A program made the position numbers and the translations under genes. The notes beneath the pieces are model-generated. The model saw only the letters and a program-made list of their open reading frames with translations. It was not told the origin of the DNA and ran no database searches. This document shows, piece after piece, positions 1 to 15,639 of a stretch of 64,000 nt of DNA. The stretch comes from the human T2T-CHM13v2.0 reference genome, Homo sapiens. The stretch's first letter is position 1; every line of letters starts with the position of its first letter. Location of the stretch: assembly GCF_009914755.1 (NCBI RefSeq), contig NC_060925.1, one strand, 5' to 3'.

Positions 1-72
1 GGGCCCTGGCATCAGTAGGTTTTAAAAGCTCCCCACGCTATGCTAATGTGCAGCCGGATTTGCAAATCACCA
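1..72 (+). mobile_element. MER5A/MER5B-like hAT-Charlie fragment (3' part)
   Basis: tttaaaagctcccca...tgctaatgtgcagcc...aatcacca resembles the MER5 3' end. Confidence 0.55.
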
Positions 73-164
73 TGCTGGGGAATAAACTCTCAGTAGGAAT
101 AATTAGCAGAAGGTTCCTAGGAAAACTGAAGCTGCCTTGATTGATTATGCAATTGATTAATTAG

Positions 165-258
165 TTTCTTCAATGAACATTCACTGGGTGCTTTCCACAT
201 GTCATGTCCTGGCTGGGCACTGGAGATACCTAGATGAATAACACATGGTCCTTCTTTT
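165..258 (-). mobile_element. L2 3' end fragment
   Basis: ttcaatgaacattcactgggtgc...gggcactggagatac...atgaataacacatggtcc resembles the reverse complement of the L2 tail. Confidence 0.6.
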
Positions 259-766
259 CATAAGGTCAGAGCAGAGCTATGCTGTATAATCTTTGTAGCT
301 TGGGGTGGACAGTTGTGTGACAAGGACCACACAAGGCTTCTAGATCTAAACTCAGAGCTCAGACCAAGGCTGAAAAACAAAAAACACAAAACGAAACAAA
401 AATTCAATTATCCATTTAGAAGGCTCAAGAGAAATGGATTAACTTAAGTGATTTGTAACTGCACTAAGGTGGGTACTATTAAGGACACCTACAGATTCCA
501 GGCATCTGAATGCATGTTACATTTCCCTAATGAAGGATTTAACAAGGAAGACACATGCTAATGGAGACTAATTCCTTCTGGGTTATCTAGGAGTTTATGC
601 TATGCTCTTTATCACCTTTACCCAAGAGTGAACAGCCACTTTCCCATTTCTTGGCAGAGAGAGATGGGAAAGCTCTGTTTGGCAATTGAAGAACAAGGGC
701 AAGTGGCTTGAGGTGGGGAATAGAAACTCTGATTTTAATAAATGGTTTAATAAATGGTCTAGAGAC

Positions 767-964
767 CAGCCCTGTCCAATAGAACTTCTTGGGATGATGT
801 AAAGTTCTCTATCTGTGCTGTCCAATACAGCAGTCAGTAGATACATGCACACTTCAAATATGGCTAGCATGCCTGATGAACTAAATTTTAAATTTTATTA
901 CATTTTCATTATTTTTGATTTAATAGCTTCATGTGGCTAGTGGCTACAGTATTGGACAGCACGA
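767..964 (+). mobile_element. MER3 (hAT-Charlie non-autonomous DNA transposon)
   Basis: cagccctgtccaatagaact...ctgtgctgtccaata...catgtggctagtggctacagtattggacagc. Internal ctgtccaata repeats and inverted ends. Confidence 0.85.
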
Positions 965-3900
965 CTCTAGATAAAATATATTAAAAAATAAACTTCCAGT
1001 TAATGGGGTGCTTCCTAAATACTAGACATAGTCCTTCCTTACATATTCTCTTCTATTCTTTTAAAGAATATCCTATATTTGCATTGACTGGAAGATGTCT
1101 GTGGGAGAATTGATTTTTTTGCTATGTCTAGACAGTACCATGAAATCAAATTCAGTTTGCAAAAGCAGCCGACTTCTTCTAGCTATAAGAGGTTTTTTTT
1201 CATTGCCGGAGCTAAGTGAAAGCCAGATATTTGTGGAGTTTTTTAGAAGAAAGTTAAGATTCATGTTTCAAATGGAAATCCATGAAGCTTCATTAGAACT
1301 GAAACAAAATGGAATCCCATTTAATGCCAAAATGTGCCAGGCCTACTGAGATTTGGGGATCGGTGGTCTTGCTGGACTCAATACCTTGATCTAATAGAGA
1401 AATTGGTGCCTCTTTGAGGTTTTGTCTTTATAATGATTGAGACGTTGCCTCTAATTACTCCAATTTGGGCCTCACTTTAGCAGCTAATAGTCCTCCTTCT
1501 TCCAGCTTCCAATTCAGGAGGATCCCAAAGGTTGTACAGAAGGTTGGAGGATAAAGGGAAATGCTTCAATCTTACAATAAAAGTTACATCTTCCCTTGAA
1601 GTGCTCACACGTGTAATATATCCACAAATCCTTGGACAACAAAATATTTACATCCAGATTCTTACAAATTAAGCTGATTCTTGAAATGTTCTTTCTTAAT
1701 ATGCAAGGGGAAGTTCGGCATGGGGAATGTTGGTGCAAGGATTTTGCTGGCACCTTATTAAGACATTGCAAGAAACGCAGAACCCAGTGGACAAAGTTCA
1801 GGGTGCTAAGCTGACCTGAACGGGCTAACGCAAATGACAGGGCATAGCTGTGGGTAAAGCCTCTGCCTCTGGATTCTTGGCCTTCTCAACTTTCATCTAA
1901 TGTCAAGAAAACTAATTTGCTTGCAAGTGAAAACACTGAGCACTTTTAAAGTGAGAAATGTGATGGTTTCAGGAGAGGCAGAGTGAGGGAATGAAAAGTT
2001 AGATGTGGGGAACAGTAGTTTTCAGTTCAAACTGCTGCTCCATCACTGGCATTTCCTTGAATAAAGTTTATCATTTAAGCCTCAGTTTCCCCCACTGCAA
2101 AAGAGGGATAACAATGCTTACAATGTGGGCTTGCAGAGAGGAAGCAGTGAGAAGACTGATGTATAGGAAAATAGCACAGCAACTGGCAGAGTAAAATTTC
2201 AACAGGTGTCATTTCCCTTTTGAAATTTACAGAAAGGGAAGGAAGGAAGGGAGGGCAGGAGGAAAAATAGTCATGGAATTATTTGCTTGGTAGGTGAGGG
2301 TAGACAGGTGCCAGGTCATGGCAAAAATTTGGGTGATATTAGTTTAGGGAAGGGATGAAGTCACCTGGAGAAGAGGCTGAAGATGCATTGTAGTCTTCAC
2401 AGAGCAGATGCTCAGTCAAAGCAGCTCCTGCTCTTGGACCTTCCCCCAGTTTTTAACACCAGCAAGGCTGGACTGTTCTAGGAGTCTGCCTCATCATTCC
2501 ACCCACCCCACCCTTTCTCCTTCCCACTCTTCTTCCTATCCATCCCTTATACCTATTTTAGAACTTAGGTTGTAACTCCATGTTTTGATGCTCAGTTTTT
2601 CTAAAAGTCAGTCAATATTTTCTTGAAAATATACATGAGGTTGGGGTTGGTGGCATGATCTGCAGGCAGAAAATCATTATGCAAATAAGCTACTAATGGC
2701 TAAATTGAGTCTGACCTCAGTAACAGTGATAAAGGAAAGGAGATATCAATTGTGACGCCTGAGAAATGATAGTGCTAGTGTTAAGGGGAGATGGTGGTAG
2801 TTCCAGAGGTCTGTCATAAGACTGTGATCATTGGTCATCCATTCACTTACTTCTATTTATTAAATATACATGATTTACTGAGCATCTATAAACAAAGTCT
2901 TCTACCACATGAAGGAGATAGAAAACAAGAAATTATACAGTTGGTGTTATCAGTGAGATAATTCACATAAAACCTGTAGTATATGGGGCCCAGCTCAGAG
3001 TAATGACAAGATTCATGCTGGTGGTTACTAGTATTATTGTCCTTATTATTAAATACATGGCACCCAACCCTACATCGTGGGGTTGGGGAAGCTGGGGGCA
3101 GCATATATTTTGAGCTGGTGTCAGCAGCAGTAGTGGGAATTTGATGGTGGAAATGCTGTTGTCATGGGATAGAGGGCAGTCATCATAAAAACAGAGATGA
3201 TGATATAGCGCTCTCTGTGCTGTGTCATCATCATGATAGCCAAGATGGGGCCAGGGATGGAAATTAGGAAGAAACATTGAAAACACCATCACAGACACAG
3301 AGCTCTCTAGAAACACTGGGAAAGAATATATAATTTACACACTCGTAGAAGCTTCCTGATTCTAATCCATGACTTCATCTCAAATATCTGACATTTGACA
3401 AGGAGGATTTTAGGATTCAATGCCCTCTTCCCTTGCCTTATCTCCTTTGTGAGGGGAAGGATCAGGCTGCAAGATGGCATTGCTACTTTAATGGCTTTTG
3501 ATAGAACAAACAGATATGCACAGGTATAAATATACACAGAAAACCAGAAATCAAAGGGGAAGCATTTCTAAAAGCTTGCAATTATTTGTTTTTAATGGTC
3601 TCTTCCTATCTCCTTTTTCCTTTTAAAAACCTATTATTCTAGTTCCACATTAGCAAAAACTCAAGGATTTTTCAAAAACTCCTAACAAGATTTGGCATCA
3701 GTTCAGTACTTTGAAAAGGGAGTGAATTAGAATCACAGTAATGTGAAATTGGCTCCCATCAGCAGGATGACAGGATTCAAAACACTTTTGGGGAGGAGGG
3801 CAGGGGAACTTCTCAGAGTCAGTCATCTTTCTTTGCTGCTGTGCCTCTCTTGGAGGGGTTACCACTGCGGTCCAGATGGCATCCAAATGGTAACAAGAAA

Positions 3901-5716
3901 TATTGGAGGGAGCTGAAATCAAGCAAGAGTAGCACAGGCTCAGGCTGAATGCAGAGCAAATCAGAGGAAATCACAAATGGAGAGATGTCACAGCAAAGGA
4001 AAAAATAGCCAGGAGGGCTTTGCCTGCTGCTCTGACAGCCGTTCCATGCAAAATGTTTTTGCTTTTCTTCTCCAGAGGAATGCAGATTTTACATACTTAG
4101 GAATTCATTTCCTCATTCACTTCTTCATTCTTGGATTTGATTATCAAGGCATTAATTTAAATAAGGAATAAACATTTCCCGAATGCCCATTATGAACCAG
4201 ACACTATGCCTATCCTGTGAGCACTTAGATGGTGTCCATTCTCTGAGTTGTAACAGCAAAGTTAGGGAAACTGGAGAACACTAATTCAATTCAGAGTGTG
4301 AGAAGTGCCACAACAAGGGTACCAGGCTGAGCATTTTTACAGAGCATGTACAAGTTCATTGTGGCTGTGCTGTTCCCAGGACTGCAACCAACTTCATGTG
4401 AATAGCCAAAGCAAGAATTCCGTTTTTCTGTGAATGGAATTAGACTCGATTACTATCCTTGAATTTTTCTTTGTTGTAACATTAGGGAAATATCCATCTC
4501 ATAAGACTGAGTTGAAGATTACCCAGGATAAGATTCAAGGTAACAGTTGAACATGTGCCTGACAAATAGTAAGGCTTCCATTAGTGTCTGATTATTTGGA
4601 TCTTCTATTAAGTCAACAATTCAATACAGTATCCTTTAGGAATATGATGATTTTGTAGCACCTACTTGATGGGATTTTGAGCTGTTTTAAAAATTTCAGA
4701 ATTGCAGAATAGAATTAGAAGAGACTACAGAAATCTCTAACCCAACTCATCCCTGTATTTATTTCAAATCAGGAAACAGAGACCTTCAACTTTCTCAAAA
4801 ACATGATAATAATAGTGGCAGATTTGGGATGATGTAGCAACTTCCCAACTCCTGTTCTAGTTCCTTTTCACTCCACCATGGTTCCTCTCACAGTTGTATA
4901 GATTAAGAGGAGACCATCATAAGTCAGAGCAGAGAAACCTAGCTCACATTTTGTAACAAGGAAACAGGCTCAAAGGAAACCCTTGCTTGCTCATAGGGAA
5001 ACCAGTAGTTTCCCTTGAGGGAAATGACTACTTCCTAGAGCTCTGAGGATCGAATGAGGCAATATTCACAACTAGATGACCTGGAAGGCAGCCTTAAGGT
5101 TTGAAGTCCAGAGGATATCTGAAAGAGCGTTATCCTCGACTGTTTTTGATTGATTGTAGAACTTGAAAATAGTTTGTGTGTGTCTTAATATCACATGCCC
5201 TCTGAATAAGTCTGTAGGTATATTCTTTACCATCTCAGGCCTTGGCATAAGACCTTTCCTCTGTCTGATCATGATTTCTACTTTTATTTATCAAGAAAAC
5301 TATAACATACCCCTAGAGGACATGTTATCTCTAGTCAGCTCTTCAAAACCTCCATGACCCTCAGGATGGATTAGATGACTACCCTTGGCATCACACATGT
5401 CCAGGCACAATGACTATTACCTTCCCTCTTTTCTACTATAGCCTATGGCCTTGTAGAGACTCTAGTTCCTCATATGGGAAACTGTCTTATTCATCTTTGA
5501 TTTTCTAGTACCTAGATGGCCTAGTGGTCAGCACACAGAAGGAAATTATATTGAATTGATACATTTTAAAAAACAAAATGAATAAATGGATGAACTTGTT
5601 TATATAATACAATAGAAAACTGAACAGAAAGAAACTTGGTGATAGCATGACATTATATGGAGGGTATGGCATTCCATATGTTGTTTTCAAATGCTTGGCA
5701 TGTATGTGCATGCATG

Positions 5717-5766
5717 CACACATACACACGATCACACACACACATACATACACACACACACACACA
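5717..5766. repeat. Imperfect (CA)n microsatellite
   Basis: cacacatacacacgatcacacacacacatacatacacacacacacaca seen directly. Confidence 0.8.
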
Positions 5767-6119
5767 ATCACAGAGATATGGCATTTGTTATTAGGAACTC
5801 CAGAAAAAAGCTGTCACATCTACCCTGCCATTTGGCCAAATGGGGCTTTACAATTAGGATAAATTACTCCATTTCTAACTTCAAAGAAATACTAGGCAGA
5901 AGTTCCAGAAAAAGTTATAAGAACAGGGATATGATGCCCTCCTAGCCCTACTAATATCTGGATGGCATTTTCAACTGACTCTTCAAGCTCCTTCCCAGTG
6001 AGACCCATCAGTGGTTCTAGTGTGTCAGCAATCTGAGATAGTCTTCGCTACTGAAAGTCTCGCCAATATCTGATCAGGACCATTTTGGATTTTAGCAATT
6101 AGTGGGTGACTATATCCCA

Positions 6120-7255
<1,136 letters not shown>

Positions 7256-7754
7256 GAGCAGAGCAATGCATAAGTGACCAGAGACTGGTTCTAGGAGGCA
7301 TCTTACAGTATTACAGAAACTATAAAACGATAACAAAAAAGACACTTCATGCAAATACTACAGGGAAAGGGAACTCTATGTTTGCCACTTTGACATCTGT
7401 GCTCTGGCCTCGGGCTTGTTTTCCTACTTGTTCTGGTGCTGGACACCTTATCTCTGAGGACCTTGTAGCTAGGGAATGAAGAAGGCATAGTTAAGGAGAT
7501 CTTACCATAGATACCAAAAGCAGAAAGTGTCTTTACTCACACGTTTGCTATATCTGTTCTATGAAAAACCTTTTTAATTAAAAGTAGCCCATATCTCCTT
7601 AGTAAGGTCACGGGTGGTTGGGATCATTATTTCTTGTTTTGACAAATCCACAAAGAAGACAAAAAAAGTACATTCTGGACTCAAGAGGAAGGAATGGGTC
7701 ACAGGGTAATATTAAGACCTCCTCTCTTCTTGGCCAGGCAGAGGTCACTAAGGA

Positions 7755-8010
7755 CAATAATAATTATAGCTAATGCTTAGATGGAACTTCCTCTGTATGA
7801 ACCAGACACCATTCTATGTGCATTCATATATTAACTCATTTAATTATCGCAACAAACGTGAGGTGCTGTTACTCGCCTTGTTTCCAAGAGGAGGAAACCA
7901 AGGCACAGAAGGTTTAATTAACTTGCCCAGGGTCACACAGCTAGTAAATGACCGAGCTAGAATTTTCACCTAAAGTGGGTTAGCTTTGGAGTATGTGCCC
8001 ATAACAATTA
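7755..8010 (-). mobile_element. MIR
   Basis: gaggaaaccaaggcacagaaggtttaattaacttgcccagggtcacacagctagtaaatg (reverse of the MIR core). Confidence 0.8.
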
Positions 8011-8281
8011 TGTTATAGTGAGGAGAACAAAAGGTATAAGACGACCTGTGTTTTAAGACTAGGGTGAGTGGTTAGGGTTCTGGAAAGGGCAGCCATGGTG
8101 GGCAGTTTAGGAGCTTGTCCTGTTCCAGTCTAACCCAATTCTCTCTTGGAGGACCATGGCCAGATCATAGTATAAGGGCTATCCCTATAACAATGGCAGG
8201 AGGAAGGAGGCTAGAACATCCTAGGCGACTGTGGAAACAGCAACATAGAAACTGCCAAAGGGACAAGGCTACAAGGTTTTA

Positions 8282-8812
<531 letters not shown>

Positions 8813-9843
8813 TTAATAGCAGACCTTCCTTTCGGCATAAGTAGAGAAGCAAGGGATTTATCCTTCACAATCAGACTCTATTTCCCTCTCCTTAGCATCT
8901 CAACCTCAATCTTCTTATCCATACAATGGAGAAAATAATAGTTGTCATCTTAATTAAACTGGATAAATTTAGTTGAGAATCTGAATCAGCTGGGGGAACT
9001 TTGTAAATCTCTCTTTATATATAAATAGATGCAAGCCTTACAAAAGCAGATCTATCGAATTGGGGCTAAGGAAGTTGTGTTTTTAAAAGTGTCAAAAATG
9101 ATTGTTAAGCAATGAAGCCTTTGGATTCCCTGAAGTAGATACAGCTTGCCAAGCACTAAGCACACTTGCTGGCCCCTAGTAAGCGCTCAGCAAATATTAG
9201 TTTCTCGCCTCCTTTCTAAGTCACTGCAAAAACAAGTTTTGTATCCTTTGGGTTGTGACTGTCACCAATATATATTTTCTTATTCCCCATGATCATTTAT
9301 TTAGCTCTTGCTCCTTTTTTTTACACTAGACTTTGTTCATTATTCTTCTGCATCCACTAATAATGGCAGTTAAGGAGAAAGAAAGAACCTCAACATGATG
9401 ATTTATCCAGAAAAGCTGAATTACTGTACTAAGAGAGAATGAGTGCCAGCATCAATGGATATTTATGGGGAAACTGTATATTACAGCTCTGCTCGTTAGA
9501 GATGCTGTAGTTAAGGTTCTGTGAATGTTAATGATCTGTATTACAGGAATAATGACAGACTCACAGCAGCAGCAGCAGTTAACAGATACCCCTGAATCAC
9601 ATTTTCTCACCATGTAACAGATCTCCAAGTGATCTGATTTATGTCTACCAAAGGAGCAAGCATGCATCAGGGAACCTGCATCTTGGAGGGAGTACTATTG
9701 TTGCTTCAGCACAGGTAGCATTATGGACAAAGAGTTTCAGGGACAAGAAGGATAGAAGCTTCTTGCCTTCTGTTTGAAATCTCACATGTTCTGGTCTCAG
9801 AGGCAGTTTGGCCCAGCAGGAAGAGCAGTCACCAGCTTTGGGT

Positions 9844-9973
9844 AGGATGACCCTAAATCCTGGTTTGCCTAACACAGCTGATATTTATGCCTATTGCCCT
9901 GACATAATTGTTAATAGCAAACCCTTTTTCACTTTCAAGAGTGCCCAGTTTGGATGATAAACTAGGTCACCTG
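9844..9973 (-). mobile_element. MER94-like hAT-Blackjack element
   Basis: aggatgacc...ggtcacct terminal inverted repeats. Internal ttgttaatagcaaaccctttttcactttcaagagtgcccagtttggatgataaa. Confidence 0.7.
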
Positions 9974-10197
9974 GTTGTAGGGTCAAAGAGAGGTGGATTA
10001 GATTCTTAGTTATGCCTCTTCTAGCTGTTCTAACTTATTTAACTCCTCTGATCTTCAATATCCTTTATGGTAGAGAAGAGACCTAATCCCAACAATAGTT
10101 TGGGAGAATAACGAAATAGCACATTAAGTGCCTAGCACAGTCCATTGCTTGGTGAGGTTTCAGTATTTGGTAGTTACAATTGCTTGTTATCCCTGTC

Positions 10198-10610
10198 TGT
10201 TAAGGACTGGATGTTTGGGTCCCTCCCAAAATTCGTATGTTAAAGCCCTAACCCCCAGTGTGAAAGTATTTGGAGATGGGCCCTTTAGGAGGTAATTAGG
10301 GCTAGATTAGGTAAAGGGTGGTATCCTCATGATACAATTAGTGGCCTTATAAGAAGGGGAAGAGATCTCTCTTCCTCTCTCTGTTCCCACCCCCTCACTA
10401 CCAGATCCACACTCTGAGGAAGGGCCGCATGAGGACATAAGGAGAAGTTGGTGGTCTACAACCCCAGGAGAGACCTCTCACTAGGAATGGAGTCCGCTAG
10501 CACCTTGATCTTGGACTTCACAGGCTCCATAACTCGGGAAAATAATTTTCTGTTGTTTAAACCACCTCGTCTGTGGTATTTTGTTATGGCAGCCCAAGTG
10601 GATTAAGACA
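10198..10610 (+). mobile_element. MLT1A-type MaLR solo LTR
   Basis: TG...CA ends. aaaattcgtatgttaaagccctaacccccagtgtg...ttctgttgtttaaaccacc...tggtattttgttatggcagccc...taagaca. Confidence 0.85.
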
Positions 10611-10854
10611 TGGCCCCATAGCTATGGTGCAGCCCCTGCAGCTTCGGCCCCATCCCAGGCTCTCAAGTTACACTTGATCTTGTTGACACTATTGCTTGAG
10701 CATGGAGACCTGCAGGCCCTCCAGCCCCATGCTCTATACACCAGTCTTCCTTCCTCCAGTAGACTAAAACCATCTTCGTCGCTGGGGCAGGTCTTGCTCA
10801 TCCTTATATCTCTTAAAGCACTTGGTATAGTCCTTTGTCTACATCATAGTTCAT

Positions 10855-11115
10855 AATAATAACTCTGGCTGACATTTATTGATTGAGCACTTACTATATT
10901 CCAGGTGCTGTTATAAATATCTTATGTGCATTACTTTATTCAATTCTTAAAAGAACTCTATAAGGTAGTTACCACAGTCATTATCCTCATTTTACAGATG
11001 AATACACTGAGGCACAAAGAAGTTTAAATAACCCACCCAAGGTCCCACCGCTGGTAAGTAAGGGATAAAAATTTCAAGCCCAAATAGTCAGGCTGCAAAG
11101 CTCATACTCTCAACT
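10855..11115 (-). mobile_element. MIR
   Basis: ttgagcacttactat...ttatcctcattttacagatgaatacactgaggcacaaagaagtttaaataacccacccaaggtc. Confidence 0.8.
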
Positions 11116-12089
11116 GTAATACCAAGTTCCCTATCAATTAACCAGTCCCTACTCTATATCAAAGACAAAAGTAATTACATCTCTTCTTATTTAATCCACA
11201 TAATAACCCAGGGAAGTAGCTCTTTTCATCTTGTTGACTGGTCACTAAAAATCCAAAAGATAAAGCAACTTGCCTAGAATCATACAGCTAATAAGTATAG
11301 GCTCCAACTAACTTCAAATTTCATGTTCTTTCTGTAGTTTTACAGCCTCCCAGAGAGCGGTCTTCCAATCTCTGTTCATGAATTACAGAATAATGAAGTC
11401 TTAGATGGGAAATAACCTGAAAAACGTCCTCGTCTGTCCTCTTCACTTCTCCTACCCACGTAATAACGAGTGGATTATTCTGGACAGTAGTTTTCATACT
11501 ACCTTCTCTGGATCTCTTTCCTTCTAGAACTTTCTATCTTTCAGAGTTAGTAGGTGGGGGGGCTTCACCTACTAGTAGGTTTTGAGGCTCCAACTCAGCT
11601 TCAACTATATCTCCTCTTTCATCTGTTTATATAGCAGGATACCAGGCATGTTTCATTTGAATAATTTTGGAAAAAGTTTGAAGGCTACTCTTCCAGAGGA
11701 CCAGTGGCCTGCATTGTAGCAGAGAGACGGGGTGATCACTGTTATTCAGACATGCTTTCTTTACAACACACAACTGAGCAAACAAGACAGCAGGCAACTG
11801 CATATGCGACCACTTATCCCTTTCCCGATTTGCATTTGTGGAAAACAAGTTTCAGATTTAACAGCGAGTCTTTTACAACTCTGCTTGACTCCATTAATGA
11901 CAGCTCAGTTTTTCAACGTTGCAAGAAAAAGAGCCAGATATCATTCAGAGTGATAATGTGACAACCCAAATGTGAGTCCTGGACTGAGAACAGAACGGAA
12001 GATGAAAGGAATTAATGCTGTCTTTGGCTAGAACCTGAAGACAGCAGGTGGAAAGGCTGATGTACAAACAGTCTTAGAAGTTAGAGACG

Positions 12090-12457
<368 letters not shown>

Positions 12458-12599
12458 TTACCTGACCTTCCAAAGCATGTCACCTCAGAGCTAGCTCCAG
12501 CTCCCTGTTTGTCTCATCCCAGTCATACACTCAAACTCATCTCGCTTTTTCATCTGCAATGCCTGCCCCTAGGCTACACCCACAGCAGCCCTCACATGC

Positions 12600-13125
12600 C
12601 TCCCCTTAACCTCTTTGCCCTCAGACCCATTCTTGCCCTTCCTCTAGTTTGTACTGTAACACAGGAGGCTGATTGCCATAAACTGCATTGCCTGGGCTCC
12701 TTTGCCAACACACTTCCACTTTGATTTGGTCAACAAGGAGGCAGTAGTTGGAATTTGAATAGTGGGTAGAAGGAAGAAGCAGTGAGTTCTCTCCCAGCTC
12801 TCTTCTGGCAGTATTTGTGGCAGTGGCTGAGTCTCCTGCAGGGGTTTAGCTTCCACCAGGCAGCCCCTTTCTCTGTCCTCTGGGCTCCCACTGGGCAGTG
12901 CTCTCTCTCTGGTCCCAGTGCCTGCTGGCTCTGCTAACACTGTCTCTTCTGTCCTTCTATCCCTAAGGACAGTAGCCACTTCTGATTATTATTAATCTGG
13001 GTTGCCCTGCTGTCCCTTGTTTGGTTTTTCCGCTCTTCTAACACCTTTGTAACTAGTTCCTCATATTAGATCCCCTCTATTAAACTACCTGGCATGGGAT
13101 CTGTTTTTCTGACTCTATCCTGAAT
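12600..13125 (+). mobile_element. Old ERVL solo LTR (LTR33-like)
   Basis: ggaggctgattgcc...gggctcctttgcc...ttggtcaacaaggaggca...taacacctttgtaactagttcctcatatta...atctgtttttctgact. Boundaries approximate. Confidence 0.6.
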
Positions 13126-13189
13126 GGATACACTTAGATGATTCCATTAGCTTCTTAATGGTCTCCTGACCTGCCAAGCCACCTGCCAC

Positions 13190-13775
13190 AAGCCACCAGA
13201 GGTACACTGAAAAAAGCAAAACTGATGTTGTCATTCTAACACCTGAAAGCATCAGTGACTTCCTAACAGCTCCCAGATTCTCAGCACCACATTTCAGACC
13301 CTTTGCTCCTTGGGGGCTTCCCTTGGCATCCTCATCTCCTGCTCCCATGGAGGCACCCTATGGTCCTGCCACCTCAGACTTAGTCATCAGCCCGTGTGAC
13401 ATGACAGGCTCTTCTACATTGCCATGCTTTTAAACATTCAGTTCCTTCTTCCTGAATACTGTTCCACCCTTTCTCCAGAGACAAACTCCCCTCATCTTTT
13501 AAGATTCTATTCAAGCTCTATACCCTGGGTGAAGACATCATTAAACTCCTTCAGGCAAAGTTTACTGCTCCCACACTATGCTCTCATAGCATCTTGTACA
13601 CAGCCTCTCACACCCTTGATTATATGAATCACAATTATTTTTATAGGTCTATCTCCTTGAGACCATGACAATTCTAAAGCAGCCTATCTTTATATGCCTA
13701 GTGAAGAGAATGTTGTTTGGTAGGGCACAGGTTTTTAGTAAATGTTTGCCCAATGGAGGAATAAATGAATAAATA
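13190..13775 (+). mobile_element. L2 relic
   Basis: aaaagcaaaactgatgttgtcattc...tctatctccttgagaccatg...tagtaaatgtttgcccaatgg...ataaatgaataaat. Confidence 0.55.
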
Positions 13776-15639
13776 GAAATTGTAAGGGAACTCAAATAGA
13801 ATAAGGGTTTCTAGCAACTGGAGCTCTGGGATTACAAAAGTAATGAAGGTCTGTCATTGTAGGTATGTGAGCTCAAGCCCAATATTCAGCAATGTTCATC
13901 CACACCTATCAAAAATACTCTTGAGAGATTCTTGCATTGGAGGAGAGGCGAAACCAAATAACCTCTTTTTAATGTTGCTGTTAACTCCAAGACTCTAGAA
14001 ATTCAGGATTCTATCTCAGGACAATGTTTGTTAAGTATGGCTAAAAGAAAGCTCATCTAAGAAACATCAAAAGGGACAACCTTATATTTCATTTGTGGGA
14101 ATATGCAGATTCAAATTCCCTTCCCTCACTTCAGTACAACCTCCTCTTGTGTGACATCTATGTTAACTGCATTGTAATAATTATGATTTTTCTACAATGT
14201 GGTGCTTAATGAGGAAGTGAAATTGACAAACGTTCAGACAAGATTTAATCCAATTATCCAACATCTTGATCCAGATTTCAAACTAAAGGAAAAACCAACT
14301 GTTCAATTGTGAATGAAAATTTATTTGCCATAAAAGATGGGAGTTGTGGGGGGGAAGTAGGGAACAGTTGTCCAGAGAATTCTTGCAATTCTTCACATTA
14401 ATGGATTGAAGCTTCTGACATGTGCAGCAGGGAAAATGAATTAAATCTAAGGCAAGGAAAGTCAACCAAATACTGATTGCTTGGGGACAGGGTGTTTGCA
14501 GGATGGGATGCAGGGTGGCAATATGAGAATCTTTCTAAGCTTGAGAGGTGAGTGGCTTTCATTAGATTTGTTATCTGGGGTTCCCAAACATCTCTTCAAC
14601 ATCCAGTATGAAGAAAGCAGTGTGCCAGACAGAGTGAAGCTTCATGGATGACTTAGACATGTGTATGCCTGCTTGGAACTCAGTCTAAAGAAGGAGAGAG
14701 ATGTTCACAGCTAGCTGGGGAGTGCTGGGCCTCATAAGGTGCTCATTATAAAAACTCTAGAAACAGCAAGTAATGGAAGAAGAACATGAGGCTGAGTATT
14801 AATTCCAACTAAGCTAAGGGTGAGGAGATGGAGGGCTGTGCATTTCCTTTCATCATAAAGGCAGTAGGTTTTAGTAGAAATTGTTTGGGCCCCTGACTCA
14901 GAACAAGCTGGGGTTCAAATTCTGGCTCTGCCAAGTACTAGAGCTTTGTGATTTGGGTGAGGTTTATGACATCTTTAAACACCAGTTTCTTTATATGTAA
15001 ATCACGTCTACCTGCTAGGGTTGTGATTACTGGGGGCGGGGGGGCGGGGGGAAGCTGAATCAAGAGCCGAGGCTGTCCACAGCATACAGCAGATGCTCAA
15101 TAAAGTCTAGCTACTTTTTCTACAGCAAAATCAACCTTATATTCTTAGTACATATGGTTAGTGGCTTGGCATTATACAACAAAGAAAGAAACTGAGTCAA
15201 AGGCTGGGATGTCATATCTGATCATCAGAATTTTTATCATTTTCTCCCAGGATATCTCCTTTTCAGGGCACACCAGATAGTTCTGTAGCCCTGATTTCAA
15301 GCTCTCAGAAAGAAACTAAGGAGAAACAGATTTTCTGGACACATACTCTGTGTCTGATGCTTGTTCAGTGAGGCAACTGGATTATAATACTTGAGAAAGT
15401 TCTTTGCATCCAAAGCACCAAGTTCAGAAGGCAACACCATAACTCACTTCTGTGCATTTCAGAGTGAGCTACTATAATGTCAAGTTATTAACGGTGAAGA
15501 CAGGAATGGGGCCACTGGGGTACCTGACATGGTAGCTGAGATACTGGGAGCAAGATATTGAGATAAATACTGGCCTATATAATGAACATGGTGACAAATG
15601 GTATTGGAGAGTAGATGAATAATTCTAATGTCCACTAGG

